Below, piece after piece: positions 40,312 through 54,068 of a stretch of 64,000 nt of DNA; position 1 is the stretch's first letter; the number at the start of each line of letters is the position of its first letter. The position numbers and the translations under genes are program-made. The notes under the pieces are model-generated. The model did not search any database. It saw only the letters and a program-made list of their open reading frames with translations, and was not told where the DNA came from. Origin of the DNA: Octopus vulgaris (Eukaryota); assembly GCA_951406725.2 (NCBI GenBank), contig OX597818.1:108872001-108936000 (forward strand), given 5' to 3'.

Positions 40312-41429
40312 TTTGAAGATATGTTAAATGTTCAAAACTTAATCCTCAGACCAAGTGAAATTCAAAAGCAAATAGTAGTTTATGGTTCAATAAAAAACCC
40401 AGTAGAATGCCTGGCATTAAAATATGAATCTTGCACCAGGTTCTCTCTGACCTGCTGACGAGGAGAACTGGTAGGTTCCAAAGAATTTTGTGATTAATCT
40501 TATCTTTTGCTTGTTTCAGTCCAGACATACTGAGGCACAGCCTTCAAGAGTTTTGGTCAAACAAATTGAGCCTAATGTTTACGTTTTAAGTCTGGTTCTT
40601 ATTCTATTGGTCTCTTTTGCCAAACTGCTAAGTTAACAAACATTTAATAGGATAGTTTGATTTGGATCAATGGAGAAGACAGTGAGAATGTACCATGGTA
40701 CCAGACTTGGTACCATGGAACCAGACTTGGACTTCACATCTTTTCTCCTGTAAAATAGTTTTTTGTCCCACAAGTGATGCAGCACAAAAACACCCATACA
40801 TAGAAAAAAGTGTAATTAAGAAAAAAAAAACCTTCACACATACCCCACCCTCTCTATCCATCTATCTATCTAGCTATGTATATATATATATATATATATA
40901 TATAGATGTGTGTGTGTGTGCATTATTTTAGAATATGCATCTATATACAAGCAAACTTCCATATACAACTTTTAAAATATATCAATAATTAAAAAGAAAA
41001 TAAAACAAATCAACAATTTTGAGTGACGACAATAAACGAGAGGAAGAGAAGCAAGAGAAAACTTTAATATTTCAAAATCTGAATATATTTTGACAACTGG
41101 AGATGGGGGGGGGGGGTGAAATAATTTGATAAAATGTTTGGAAAAATTAACAGAACATTAAAAAAATATGAAGAGAAAATATAAAAAAAAAAAGACATCA
41201 TGTTATGCTATACATATTTTACATTTGTTTAAATGTAGAGGTACTGGTAAATTCTGGCATTGTACATATTTAATAGGCTGTCACAGCCAATCAAGCTTAT
41301 TGTTTTTTCAAAAGAAAGTCGTAGCTCGAAGTCTTTTGGACAACTTATATTATTTTTATTTTGATAGACAGCTTATTAAAAAATATTTGGGAAATTTATC
41401 CACCAAGCTATTTAGCATCGTTTCCTTTA

Positions 41430-41763
41430 GCTTAACTGGCACTTCGTCAGTGACGACGACGAAGGTTTTAAGGTGATTTGATCAATGGAACAGTCTGCTC
41501 GTCAAATTAATGTACAAGAGGCTGAGCGGTCCACAGACATGCGTACCCTTCGTGTAGTTCCCAGAAGAGATTCAGAGTGACACAGAATGTGACAAGGCCA
41601 GCCCCTTTTGAATTACAGGTACAGTTCATTTTTGTCAGCTGAGTGGACTGGAGCAATGTGAAATGAAGTGTCTTGCCCAAGGACACAACATGCACCAGCT
41701 AGAATGAAACTCACAACCTTAGAATCATGCCAGATACCCTAACCACTAAGCCACGTGCCTTCA
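41430..41763 (-). mobile_element. tRNA-derived SINE, family C
   Basis: Minus-strand head gaaggcacgtggcttagtggttagggt; gtgtccttgggcaagacac central block. Confidence 0.82.
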
Positions 41764-42825
41764 CTTCTTTTACCACCTCTCTGTCTCTGTCTATCTCTCT
41801 CACTCTCTCTCTCTTATACATGGGATAATAAACACATATTAATGTGCTCACATATTAGTATACATACATAGACAGTTAAGCGCACACATACACACACACA
41901 CAAATCAGGGCATCAAAACTAGACAAAGACTAGTGAATGGCAGAAATGCATGAAACAGAAACAAGCAATTTTACTTTTTTGTTTGGTCACTGTAATGGTG
42001 GTGAAGTCATTTGTCAGGTTACATCAAATTCTTACACTATTTGCTTCCCACAGCAAAATCATCAGATTTGTCAATTCAGCAATTCAGCCAAAAAAAAATG
42101 GTCCTTTGTAGTTTGGTTCAATAATAAAATACTTAGCCGAAAGAATTCAACTGAAGAAAATGCCAACTGATGACAATTAAGGAGGAAATATGCAGAATGT
42201 ACTGGCTTTGTGGTTAAACGAAAGGTTTTTGTGAAGCAAACACAGAAACCACTCCAAATTCACCAATGTATACTGCAATAAAACATTATTAGGCTTGCAT
42301 CAAGAATGCCCCATCACTTTGGAACTCAAGAAATGACAGCAGAAAAGAATTCCAAACTTTTAAGAATGATCTTCTTACTTAATTCTTGGAGATCTCACAT
42401 AAATATATGCATATAACAACACCACCACCACCACTAACAACAACAACAAATAAAAAAAAAAATAAAGATGACATCTCTGATTGTTAGAGAGACAGCAAGT
42501 GTTGTCAAAATAAAAAAAAATGTATAAGCATCTCCACAAGAGACTATCTTCCAGATATAATTGCCTAAATTTCAGACTGGCCAAAGAAAAATGTGGACAT
42601 GTCTGCTTCCGTAGCCTTCCCCCCCCCCACTACCAATCATTTTCAAGAAAGGAGACATATGGAGGTTTAGGGTGATACAACAGAGCATGACAAAAAACTG
42701 TCTGAAAATATCAAACTCACTACCAGTGCAACATGAGAATTACCATCACCATTCTCGTTGAATTTTCCCCATTCAGGCATAGGTTGAACAAATTACATAT
42801 GTCCTGCTTGTTTTCCAAGTGTGGT

Positions 42826-43195
42826 AAGCACCATTTGAGTGTGATCATTGCCACCGTCGCCTTACCAGCACATATGCCAGTGGCACATGAAAAAGAACAT
42901 TTGAGCATGGTTGTTGCCAGTGCCACCGGACTGGCTCCCGTGCAGGTCGCACGTAAAAAACACCTTTTGAGTGTGGTCATTGCCAGAACTGCTTGAAAGG
43001 CCCTCATGCCGGTGGCACATAAAAACACCCACTACACTCTTGGAGTGATTGGCGTTAGGAAGGGCATTCAGCTGTGGAAACTTTGCCAGATCAGATTGAG
43101 CCTGGTGCAGCCTTCTGGCCTACCAGTCCTCAGTCAAACCATCCCACCCATGCCAGCATGGAAAGCAGACGTTGAACGATGATGATGATGATGAT
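42826..43195 (+). mobile_element. RTE LINE 3' UTR copy with tandem units
   Basis: Same repeats and (GAT)n tail as 1328-1715. Confidence 0.87.
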
Positions 43196-43354
43196 AATAG
43201 TACTTTATTCCTCTGGTCTTCAGAAGGTTAAGCACCAAAACCACCAAAACTTCAGGGTCTATTCTTCACACAAACAATTAACACTTTTATTCCCATGTGA
43301 AAACAGACATGTGAAAACAGACAGGTGCAAACAAGTGTATGATAAACTTAATCT

Positions 43355-43690
43355 TTTATTTGTTTCATCAGATTGTGGCCATGCTGGGGCACTGTCTTAA
43401 TGAATTTTAGTCCTACAAATCAACCCCAACACTTGTTTCTTTTTAAACCCAGTAATTATTCTATTGGTTAAACTGCTAAGTTTGGGAGATGTAAACACAC
43501 CAACACTAGTTGTCAACCAGACACACATACATACATATGAGGCTTCTTTCAGTTTCCTTCTACCAGATCCACTGACAAGGCTTTGGTTGGTCCAAGGCTA
43601 TAGTAGAAGACACTTGCCCAAGATGCCTCGCAGTGGGACTGAACCTGGAACCCTGTGGTTGGGAAGTAAACCACATAGCTATATCTGTGC
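43355..43690 (-). mobile_element. tRNA-derived SINE, family B
   Basis: Reverse-complement similarity to 24156-24567. Confidence 0.78.
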
Positions 43691-44322
43691 TTGTTTGGTT
43701 TCAATCAACTGAATTTCACTAACAATGCATTGGTCAGCCGAAAGTGCTAAACAATTGGCTGGAGTCCAGAGCTACATGGTCATGAAGTGCATTTCATAAC
43801 CAGAGTTACGCCAGCACTGACAAACAAATCTATATACAATGACACATCAGATGAAAATATCAAAGGTATATATATGCATTCAGCTCTTTAATAAACATCA
43901 CATGTAGGTGCCACTCATTAAGTCTCATTTGATAGCCAACCCAAGTCTGAAGCAGAAGATAAATGCAGTTGAATCACACAAAGATCCTCTTGGGTACAGA
44001 GTAAACTTGTTAATTGCACAGCCATGTTGGTTTGGGACTTAACAATTTTGCCATTTAATATTGGCAAGGCCAGTCATAAGGTTGTTGATAAATGTCAATA
44101 CTTGATACACAAAGTTTATTAAGTGTGGGTGTTGCCATTTATACTTACCATTGATGCACTTGTTTAAGAAGTAGATGTACTCTGCTTACTTAAGTAAACA
44201 TATTCACAATTTTCCCGCCAAATCCTGAGGTTACTATTAAGGTAATCAACTGAGTGTATGCATAGAGTCCTGGCAGAAGGCGGAGAGGTCTAGTGCCACT
44301 TCATCTCATACCTTACATAAAT

Positions 44323-44324
<2 letters not shown>

Positions 44325-44362
<38 letters not shown>

Positions 44363-44382
44363 ATAATAATATAAATTATATA

Positions 44383-44413
<31 letters not shown>

Positions 44414-44636
44414 TAAATAATGTATATATATATATATGTGCATACCGGCCTCCCCTCTCCACGCCTCCTGTGTTATCCAAGGGAAAGGCAAAAGTTGATA
44501 CAGCTAAGCACCAGTGAACTGGAGCAACGTGAAATAAAGTGTCTTGCTCAAGAACTCAACACACAGCCCGGTCCAGGATTCAAACTCACAAACTCAATAT
44601 CGTAAGCTCGATGCTCTAACCACTGAGCCATGCACC

Positions 44637-44693
<57 letters not shown>

Positions 44694-44711
44694 TATATAT
44701 ATATAATATCT

Positions 44712-44742
<31 letters not shown>
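44325..44742. repeat. (TA)n/(TAA)n microsatellite block interrupted by a minus-strand SINE (about 44455-44640)
   Basis: Directly visible; SINE head gaaggtgcatggctcagtggttagagc on the minus strand. Confidence 0.85.
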
Positions 44743-45311
44743 GATGAAGGGATTGTTCATTATGTTGCCTGTCTTGATTTTCTATTTGTTTCTATCATTG
44801 TTCACAAAAAAGTTCGTTTTCCATGTTTTCGCACTTCATGTTCTCGTTTTCCTTGTTATATTTTTTGATATCCTGTACCTTTTTATGCATGTGTATATAC
44901 ATATATATCCAAGTATGTACATGTATGTATATATATGCATATATATATTGATAGAAATGGCAAGAAAACAAAACAATGAAAGAGAGGAATTTATCTGTAA
45001 ACATATGTGACAATTATTCGGTAGCCATGATAAAACTCTGTGTTTCGGATGTCGGGACGGAAACCCACGCCGGCAATATTGTATTGATAGATAGATAGAT
45101 ATATGAAATATGATTATTTAAGAAGTTTAAGATATCTTACAAAGAATGTATTACCCTTCAAAATGAAATCTAAAATTGGTAATCATTATTAGGTCATACA
45201 TCCACTCGTAAGAGAAAAGGGTGTATCTTTGTATAGTCAGGAGCACTTATTCAAAATTCAGTATACTGTATTCTCATTGAATATATCTGATTAACTATAT
45301 ATATATATGTA

Positions 45312-45638
45312 TGCATATATGGGTACAGGACGTCACCAGCTGTGTAAACAACATGATGTGCGAAAACAAACGAGTTGAATATGCAAACAAGAGGAAAAAA
45401 TGGAAAACCGGATAAGTAACACAAAGAACAACCCTTCATCAGTTACTGGCTGTCGATTTACTCCTCATTTCGAGCATTTAACAACAATATGAGTCTTCAA
45501 AGACAGTTGCTCCCATAAATTCCCAAATAAAATTTAGGATTTATGGAGGGTCAAAGTTGGGAACAAAAACAGGGCAGTGGAGACATACAAGGAAACCGAA
45601 CAAACATGGAGGGGCGTTAGACCAGAATGTGAGGAAAG

Positions 45639-45640
<2 letters not shown>
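45312..45640 (-). mobile_element. Microsatellite-associated dispersed repeat (same family as 31900-32106)
   Basis: Inverted match; both ends abut (TA)n. Confidence 0.7.
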
Positions 45641-45678
<38 letters not shown>

Positions 45679-46226
45679 AGCCATGCGCAATGTGATATAT
45701 ATACACACACACACAAATATATACACATCCTCTTTGCAGTGTCTTCATAGAGGAGATTGGAGAGAGCTGATGTATTGTAGATGTGGAGCTTTGCTTTGTG
45801 AGAGGTAGAGCAGTGCCAACAGAGAGGCTTTCAAAGAGAGTGCATGACCCCAGCGGTCAGACCACATCTATGGTTGGTATAACTGTATGTTGGTTTATAC
45901 CAGACAAATGAAAGGTGTGCTCAATACATATTGTAGAGGACATGGATAATTTTTTTATTGAGACTGAGAATTTGTTTTGACACTCAACTTTCAGTTTCAA
46001 TATATATAAAGAAAACACCTACACATATATACACGTGTGTGCTTCATCATCCTCATTCGACATCTGTTTTCCATGCTGGTTTGGGGTGCATGGTGTGGCA
46101 GGAGCTGGCAAGCCAGAGAGCTATACGACAAGGTTTCTATGGTTGGATGCCCTTCCTAATGCCAGACACTTTACAGAGTGTACTGGGTACTTTTTATGTG
46201 GCACCAGCACATAAGTATATACATTC

Positions 46227-46271
<45 letters not shown>

Positions 46272-47281
46272 CGTGTGTGTGTGTGTGCGTGTGCATCCAT
46301 ATATATATGTAATTTTATTTTGGAACCAATATATTTATTCATCTCTGCTTATCATTCAGTCACTCATATGTAAACAAACAGGAAAGATTGACTCCCCTAT
46401 GTTTTGAACTTCTGTCTTTTAATATGGAACCCCTTACAATAAACAAATACCATGTTTAGTAGGAAAAGTATCCTCTAAAACGTATTAATACATTTCTGAG
46501 GTACATAGTTTTCATTATATCTCCCAGTTTATATTTCCTGTTAATATTAAATCTCTAAAAATTTTCACCCTTTGAAATGTTAGCGTACATCTTTCAACTG
46601 TATAAATTTCAACAAAATTTATTCAAGGAGAGAATACGATTTGCCTGTAGCTTCCAGTTCCCTTCTCCCTGCATAAAAGCTGACTTTTATAATAGCACGT
46701 TCAACTCATGCTACCATGATACTACTGAAACACACTGTGAGCTGCAAAGTGATCTTAACCCAACACAGCCATGCATGCACCTGTTATATATATATCCCTC
46801 TCTATATATATATATGGCTTGTCTCTTCTCTTCAAATCATCCAACCCATGCCAGTATGAAAAAAGAGAACATTTAATGATGGTGATGATACACACGCACA
46901 CATCCAGATACCCCACTACACACATACATACACATATAAATAAAAATTTTCAGGATTCAAAAGAAGCAGGTATGTAAATAGTGGAAGCACCAGGGTTGAG
47001 TCGGAGAGAGTGAACCTGTGTACCGACAATGTATGCAAATATATACATGCTTACTAAAACAAATGCGGATTTGTCCTTCCAGTTATGCATACATTCACAA
47101 GCAACTGACAGTAAACTCAAGATGTCATTGAAGTCATATAGGGTTACACTCACTGCATTTATTTCACTTCGAATATAGACTGAAAATCCAAACGTATGGA
47201 AGGTTCCAGGTTAGGTGAAGAATTGATAATAACGAAGATGGGTACAACCCATCCGTATTATTATTTACATATATATATACA

Positions 47282-48784
47282 TCTCTTATTATAAAAGGCA
47301 GATTTTATCTGCCTCCCTTTGTCTCTTATAGAAATCTAGAATATAGGATTTCTTCAATTACAATTTACCTAGCATTTTTAAGAGCAGAATGCATCGGGTC
47401 GTGCCAGGTCCGGGTTTTAAAATTTCAACCCCAATTAAGCAAAATTTAGAGAAAACTCACATTGTGGTGTCTAAGTCAAGTGCTTTTCTTAGTGTGGGCT
47501 ATAGCATACCGACACACACACACACACACAAAAAGGGAGCGATCTGATTCACTCACGCTATCACTCTAATTTTTACGACTTTCTCTTTGCAAGTGTGCAA
47601 CGATTAAAGTGAAAACAGTGAATCCGAGAGCTCCGACAGCGATAAAGAAAATGAATTAGCACCTGAATGGAGTGAAAATTTAAAAACTGTTTCTTTCGGT
47701 GATTTTTCTGAAGAAACTGGACCAAGCCACAGACTTTCCCAGAAGAGTAAAGCCTTAGACTATTTCTTTTTACTTTTTCGAATGAGCCTATTTGAAATCA
47801 TTACGGCGGAAATGAACCGTTACGCTAAACGTAAACAAAGCGAAAGAAAGGATAGTTTGTTATTTCCCACAACCTTAAATGAAATTAAGGCCTATTTTGC
47901 CATAAATATTATTATGGGTATCAGAAAGTTACCCAGAATAACAAATTCTATCGTAAAATTTTGTTGTATACCCAATTGAATATTAGCTAATAATCCATTT
48001 TCTATAGCGATGTTTGAACAAAATTTTAATGATTTTATATATTGTTGAATTTACCTGTATCTACCTGCAATTAGAGTCACTTTGTGACAAAAATTATAGT
48101 ATAGAATTGGTTGAGAACATTTCATTAAATGATCTTCCAAAATTCATGATAATATATTGATAAATAAAAAAGTTATAGTTGTTTAATGAAACCAGACTAC
48201 ATTTATGATTACGTTAGAAATTAATTGAAACACATAAGGGGTGTATTTTGGTCAGAAATATAGTAACGAAAGGGTTAAGAAAAACCAAAAAATATTTTAT
48301 TCTTTATAAATGTTGTGTTCAAAATAACATTTTCTTTTAAGAATGTGTATATAACAAAGTATGTGTATATAACTACGTGGCTTATATCTTTATATATAAA
48401 AGTGAAGTTGTGTGTCTGTCTCCTACAATTTAGATTCGTAACTACTCCCACATTTTGCGGTGCAGTTTAACCAAAAGCGGGTATCTTATAGTCGTGATTC
48501 ATATCGAGCCCTTCAGGGTATTAGTGCGTGTCTACAATGAGTCCACGATTTAAAAAAAATTTACCATCATATTTTTCCATTTTAATGCATTTTTTTCGCT
48601 ATTATATAAGGGAAGTAACTCTCTAAAAAATCTACGATGTGTCAACGATTTAAAAAAAAAATTTACCTGAATTTTTTTTCCATTTTTAATGCATTTTTTT
48701 GCTATTTTTTGGCTACAACTCTCTAAAAATGCTTATATAGTTATTTCCCTTACAAACCCGAGCAACGCCGGGCGATACTGCTAG
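47282..48784 (+). mobile_element. Composite non-autonomous Helitron carrying a piggyBac fragment
   Basis: A|TCtcttattataaaag 5' end; second 5' end A|TCtttatatataaaagtgaagttg at 48387; 3' end cccgagcaacgccgggcgatactgCTAG|T almost identical to that of 39985-40311. Confidence 0.8.
47608..47979 (+). pseudogene. piggyBac (PGBD-like, DDE_Tnp_1_7) transposase N-terminal fragment
   Basis: Open frame SENSESESSDS...FSEETGP...ALDYFFLLF...IITAEMNRYA...PTTLNEIKAYFAINIIMGIRKLP matches the piggyBac pattern F..TGP / DYF.LF / ETNRYA / E.KA...I.MG..LP. GGG-TTAA terminus at 48271-48277. Confidence 0.82.
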
Positions 48785-51548
48785 TATTATATATATATAT
48801 GTTTGCCACCACAACCTCTTTTAGGCTTAGCAGCCCTTCTTATTGGTTTTCACTGTCCTGCTTGTGTTACCAATTTTGACCCTCTGCAAAATCCCAAATT
48901 TTATTTGATTTGCTTTGTGGAAGCAAATGTTTTATCGAAAGCATATATTGTTGTTAAATGCTCAAAATATGAGACTAGAGAAACAGCCAGCAACTGCTGA
49001 AGGGTCGTTCTTTATGTTGTTTGTTTTGTTTTCCATTTGTGTCTTTCGTTGTCTGAAGGAATGGTTCATGTTCCATGTACTTGTGCTTCGTATTTTTTTT
49101 TGCTTTGTACACATTTCATGATATCCTGTGCCCATACATGCATATATATATATACATATAGATGTAAGTTTATACATATATGTATGTGCATATGCATATA
49201 TATATATATTTAAAAAAACATATATCAGAAAAGAAACACACTCTAAAGAAAAGAGCATAATTATTATTACAACAAAAATTTTGTTGTAATAGGTTTCGTA
49301 TCCCCATAGAGTCTGTTGAGCTGTCCACAAGGCTTTGCCTGAGGATACAGAACTTTTGGTAACTATGCCCAAAATTTATATTTTTGTTGTAATAATAACA
49401 ATAATATATATATATATGTACACACACACACACATACATACATAGGGCCTTTTCCAGTTTCTACCTACCAAATTTATTCTCAAGGTATTGTTTGACCTTG
49501 GGCTATTTTCTAAAATACGTATACAAGGTGCTGCATTGTGGAATAGAACCTGAAACTATGGAGTTGCAAAGTGTGTGAGTGCGAATGTGTGTGTGTGCAT
49601 GTGCACACGTATGTAGATGAGTGTCTGCAAACAATATTAAAATCACAATGTGTAGACACAGCGGTACACTAATGTTTTTCAGCATATATTTACGAGGTAG
49701 TATATAGTGCAATTCAAATAACCTCAGACAACATCGCCAAGATATAGAGAAAGTTTCCAATAACTCCCAAGGGAGAACCAATGAAAATAAGACAATTTCT
49801 ATCTAAAAATCTTCAAAGATTCTATCAGACACAACACAAAGCATTGCCTAGTGTTGTTGTTGCTGTTTGTTCTGCTAGCTACAGCCAAGGTAGTGGTGAT
49901 GGTGGAGCTTTTCATTTCAGAAGAAGATACTCTAACATGAGAATATAAACCCGGTAGCAAAATCAAGAAACTATGCAAAATGTAGAAATAGAAAATAGAT
50001 GTACATATAATTATATGCCCCCAGCTTGCTGCCCGTCATCATCATCATCATCATCATTTTACTTCTGTTCCTGTACTGGCAGGAGTTTTACTGGTTGCAA
50101 GTCTGTGTCAGTTTGTATTCAGAGTTACCACCTTCCAAAGGATGAAACTTCACTCATATGTCCCATTCTGGGCATGGTTTCTACAGCTGGATGCATCTGC
50201 TAACACCAACTTCTTCAGAGTGTACTGGATACATTTTATCCTAGCATCAACACCAGGGAGGTTGCCGGGTGACCTAAGCTTCCATTAAGTCAACAGAAAG
50301 ACTACACTAAAGAACTTTGTCGTTGTTATTGAATGTCTGTTTTCCATGCTGGCATGAGTTGGACGTTTGAGAGAAACTGGTGAGGCTGAGATAGGTTCCA
50401 TCATCTGTGTTGGCATGGCTGGATGCCCTTCCTAATGCTGACCATTTCACAGAGTGTACTAGGTGCTTTTTATGTGACACCAGCACCAGTGCTTTTTACA
50501 TAGCACCAGAACCAACACTTACCCAAAATGCTGAGCAGTAAAACTGCAGAGTAATTGCAACCTCAGGTACATGCTGCATCAAAGAAACCAAAGAACAAAA
50601 GGAGAAAGAAAAGAACGCACTCAGCACCAGAGCTGAAGACACTTCCGAAAGGGATGAGGAGCACCATGTCACAAATGTTAGAGGAGTAGGGACCAAAACC
50701 AGACATGGTTTCTCCTGATGATGTCTTTAGCCACTGGATCTTAAAAATGTGGTTGGAATTCCTCCTATATGAACCTTTTTGCTCATTACTTATTTGTACT
50801 TGTAAAGAGTATGAATTATTGAATTCAAATAAACCTCAAATTGGAAATTGCATCAATGTGAGAAAGATATTTCTAAACACAGTGCACCAAGTATTTGTGG
50901 ACAAATTTAGTGGGTGACAAGTAGATGAAGGCGAAACATAATATCATACAGTATATATACCCTTCCCTTCATATCTCTTTTAGATAGACAACATCAACAT
51001 TTAGTGAAATGGCATGTTGTGAATCTAGTCACCAACAATGTCAACAGCCAACAGTTACTCATCAGCCTTTTGAATATGGCTGGGTTCTTCTTGTTTAGGT
51101 TTGAGAAAGAGATGTCATGTGAGGCCAGGATGAGTTAGTTTGTCTAGCAGATCTAGGAGATCTGCAGCAACCCCAATGGGTCATTGAGGGTCAACATGTG
51201 CAAATCTTAACTAGATCTTAAAGATCTGCCTAACCCATAAATCTCTGCCTCTGTCTAAAAGATCTATCAAACCAACAACATGTAACTCCAAAATTATATT
51301 CCTACACACAAATTCATCAATAAGCTGTTAAATATTGAAATTGTGAGTTTCTGATTCACATGAGCTCATCACGTGTTTTGGAAGACATTTTTAAACACTA
51401 AATTCTACAAGTATGGTTTCAACTGTCAGCCAAAATTAGGTGTTTGTTACTGTTCTGCAAATTGATATTTAATGTAAATAAGGAAAGAATTCACTGGATT
51501 GCCAATATAAACAGAATCAATCTGTATAAGAGTGTATGTGTGCACATA

Positions 51549-51586
<38 letters not shown>

Positions 51587-51587
51587 C

Positions 51588-52003
51588 ACAAGGAGGTACC
51601 CAAGAGTAATTGGAAATATTTTCTGTGGGACAAGCCCATTGTAGGTCAGGCTTCTATCACTTGAAACCACTTGATGCAACCCTCAGGCATCAGCCTGCCA
51701 ACTGGCATCATCAAGTGGTGTCATACTACTACATGGTGTGTCTTTGTTTTGCAGGGCTTCTCCCTTGTTCATTGATTTTTGCGATGGCTGAAACGAAGGA
51801 ACAACATGCTTCCATGAAATTCTGTTTTCTGCCAGGGAAAAATGGCTTGGGAAACAGTTGTCATGCTTCAAACAGTTTCCATGGATGCTGCCATGAGCAA
51901 AACACAAATTTACAAGTGATTTTCATACTTTAAAGATGGTCACTTGTTGCTTGAATACAAACCTTGTTCAGGGCAACTGTCAACCTCCTGAACAAATGAA
52001 AAC
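51588..52003 (+). mobile_element. 5' half of a second mariner family
   Basis: ATG at 51784: MAETKEQHASMKFCFLPGK..ETVVMLQT...AMSKTQIYK*FSYFKDG...KPCSGQLSTS*TNEN, the mariner HTH region (EQR..IKFC..LGK, PRSGRPSTS). Confidence 0.88.
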
Positions 52004-53379
52004 ATGTAAATAAGGAAAGAATTTACTGCATTGCCAATATAAACAGAATCACTCAACCTTTATCTTGTTTCTTCACATATTTCCTCCACATTTCACAATT
52101 CCAAGATGTTTCTCTATGCCTTGATCCTCCTTTTCTCTTTTACCTTCCTTTCTTAACTGGCTCCTATTAACCCCTCCAACATATCTCTAGTCTCTCTCTC
52201 TCTCAATTTGATACCTCGTCTCATCTCTTGTCCCACACCTCATATTATCACTCATACTCCAACCTCTCTCATTTTTACCCTTCGCCCTCACTTCTCTCCC
52301 AGATACTTCTTAGTTAGTTCTAGCATTAAGATTATAGGCTGTAACCAACAGCCTTAACAGTGAAGGCAATCTATCTAGGAGGGGCTAGAACTTTAAATAA
52401 AAACTGATTTAGTCTTGACAGACAACCCCTTTAGATGCTGGTAGCACAATAAAATGTACCCAGCCCGCACAGTTTCAAAGTGGCTAGTGATTGGTTGGAC
52501 AGATAACCTGTAAAACAATGCCAAACATATGAAATATTCCAATACACTGATAGATCTAACTGCATGCACAGGACTAGTATTTACCATACAAGTGCTGCAT
52601 ATGGTAGTGAGATGGTTAAGCAAGAACATGTGACCATTTACAAGAAACCCTTGTCGTAAAATGACAGTGCACTTCCTTTCAAATGCAGAGCACAGACCTT
52701 AAGGACTAACCTATTCAACAGAAGAGATTCAACATTGCAATTATTGGTGTTGATTTTTTTGAAAATTAGATCTGGTGTGATTATAGAGATGATAGATCAG
52801 AGATAAGTAGATGAATGCAAGAGGTGAGAGAGAGAGTTGCCTCAGTCAGATTCATAACAAGCAAGGAACACTGGTACAATTTTTTTCTAGATAGGGTAAC
52901 AACACTGGTTTAGATGGAGCAGTCTTGTTAGTGATAGTGAAATGAACAAATAACATAGTATACTTAAAATTAGATTAGTTGCAGGCAAAGTACTAATAGC
53001 TGTCATATCTGCTTAAGGGACTGTCTGATGAACAAAAGGATTCTTTCTATTGAAAACCATCTTAATAAAGTGGTTGGCATTAAGAAAGGCGTCCAGCCAT
53101 GCCAAAGCAGACAGTAGAACCCTGCACAGTCCACTGGCTTGCCAGCTTCTGTCAAGCTATCCAACCCATTCCAACATGGAAAATGGATGTTAAATGATGA
53201 TGATGATGATGAGTATCTTTTTTGCCAATATGGCAAGTGAGAGGTACAGGACTCTACACTCGGAACGGTGTTGATGATCCTGCACTGAAGGAATTAAGAT
53301 CAAATACAGATCTGTTTATCAAGTAGTACCAGCCCAGCCCCACTGATATGATGGGGGCTGGTGTGTCATAAAGCCTTCA

Positions 53380-54068
53380 AGAGGAAGGCCCTGAAATGGT
53401 GCAAATTCTTTTCTGATAGCTATCAGTGTAGTAGTAGTAAAATGACTTTCTTTCAATGCTTGACATGCTCAGTAGAAGTAGTAGTTAGCTTCTATTACCT
53501 GGGCAGCCAAATCAGTAGTGGAAGAGAGTACTCTGAATGCATCATAGCTAGAATAAGAATAGGGTAATGCAGGAAGTTATTACCTCTGCTGGCAATGTGG
53601 CGATTCTTTCTTTGAATGGAAAGTAGATTCTGTGTACCTTGCTAATGAAACATGAAGCTCCATGGCAGTGGGACAAGATTACTGAATACAGGAGAATGGG
53701 TGAAGGCTGCACAGATACAAAGCAAGCAGGCTCTGTTGGTTGTAAGTATGTATGGGTGGAATGATACTGAAGAACTGAGAGATGAACTGGGTGTAGGAAC
53801 ATTGAGTTGCAGTGTGCAAGAATGAAGGCTGCATTGGGTGTGTGATGTGTATGGAAAATAACAGGTAAAGAAGTACCAGGATATCCAAGTGGAAAGGAGC
53901 TATGAAAGAAGAAGACCAAGGAAAACATGGGCAGAAATGGTAAACGCTAATCTCAAGATGGTGAACTTTACAAAAGAAATGATAAAGGAATGCAACAAAT
54001 GGTGAATGCTATGTTGGAAAGAAGCAGTTCAACCCATGAATAGGAGCACATAGACATGTTGATAATGA
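53380..54068 (+). mobile_element. Decayed RTE LINE post-RT fragment
   Basis: VEVVVSFYYLGSQISSG...IIARIRIG (RTE F.YLG motif), degenerate GRPRKTW and tail. Confidence 0.8.
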
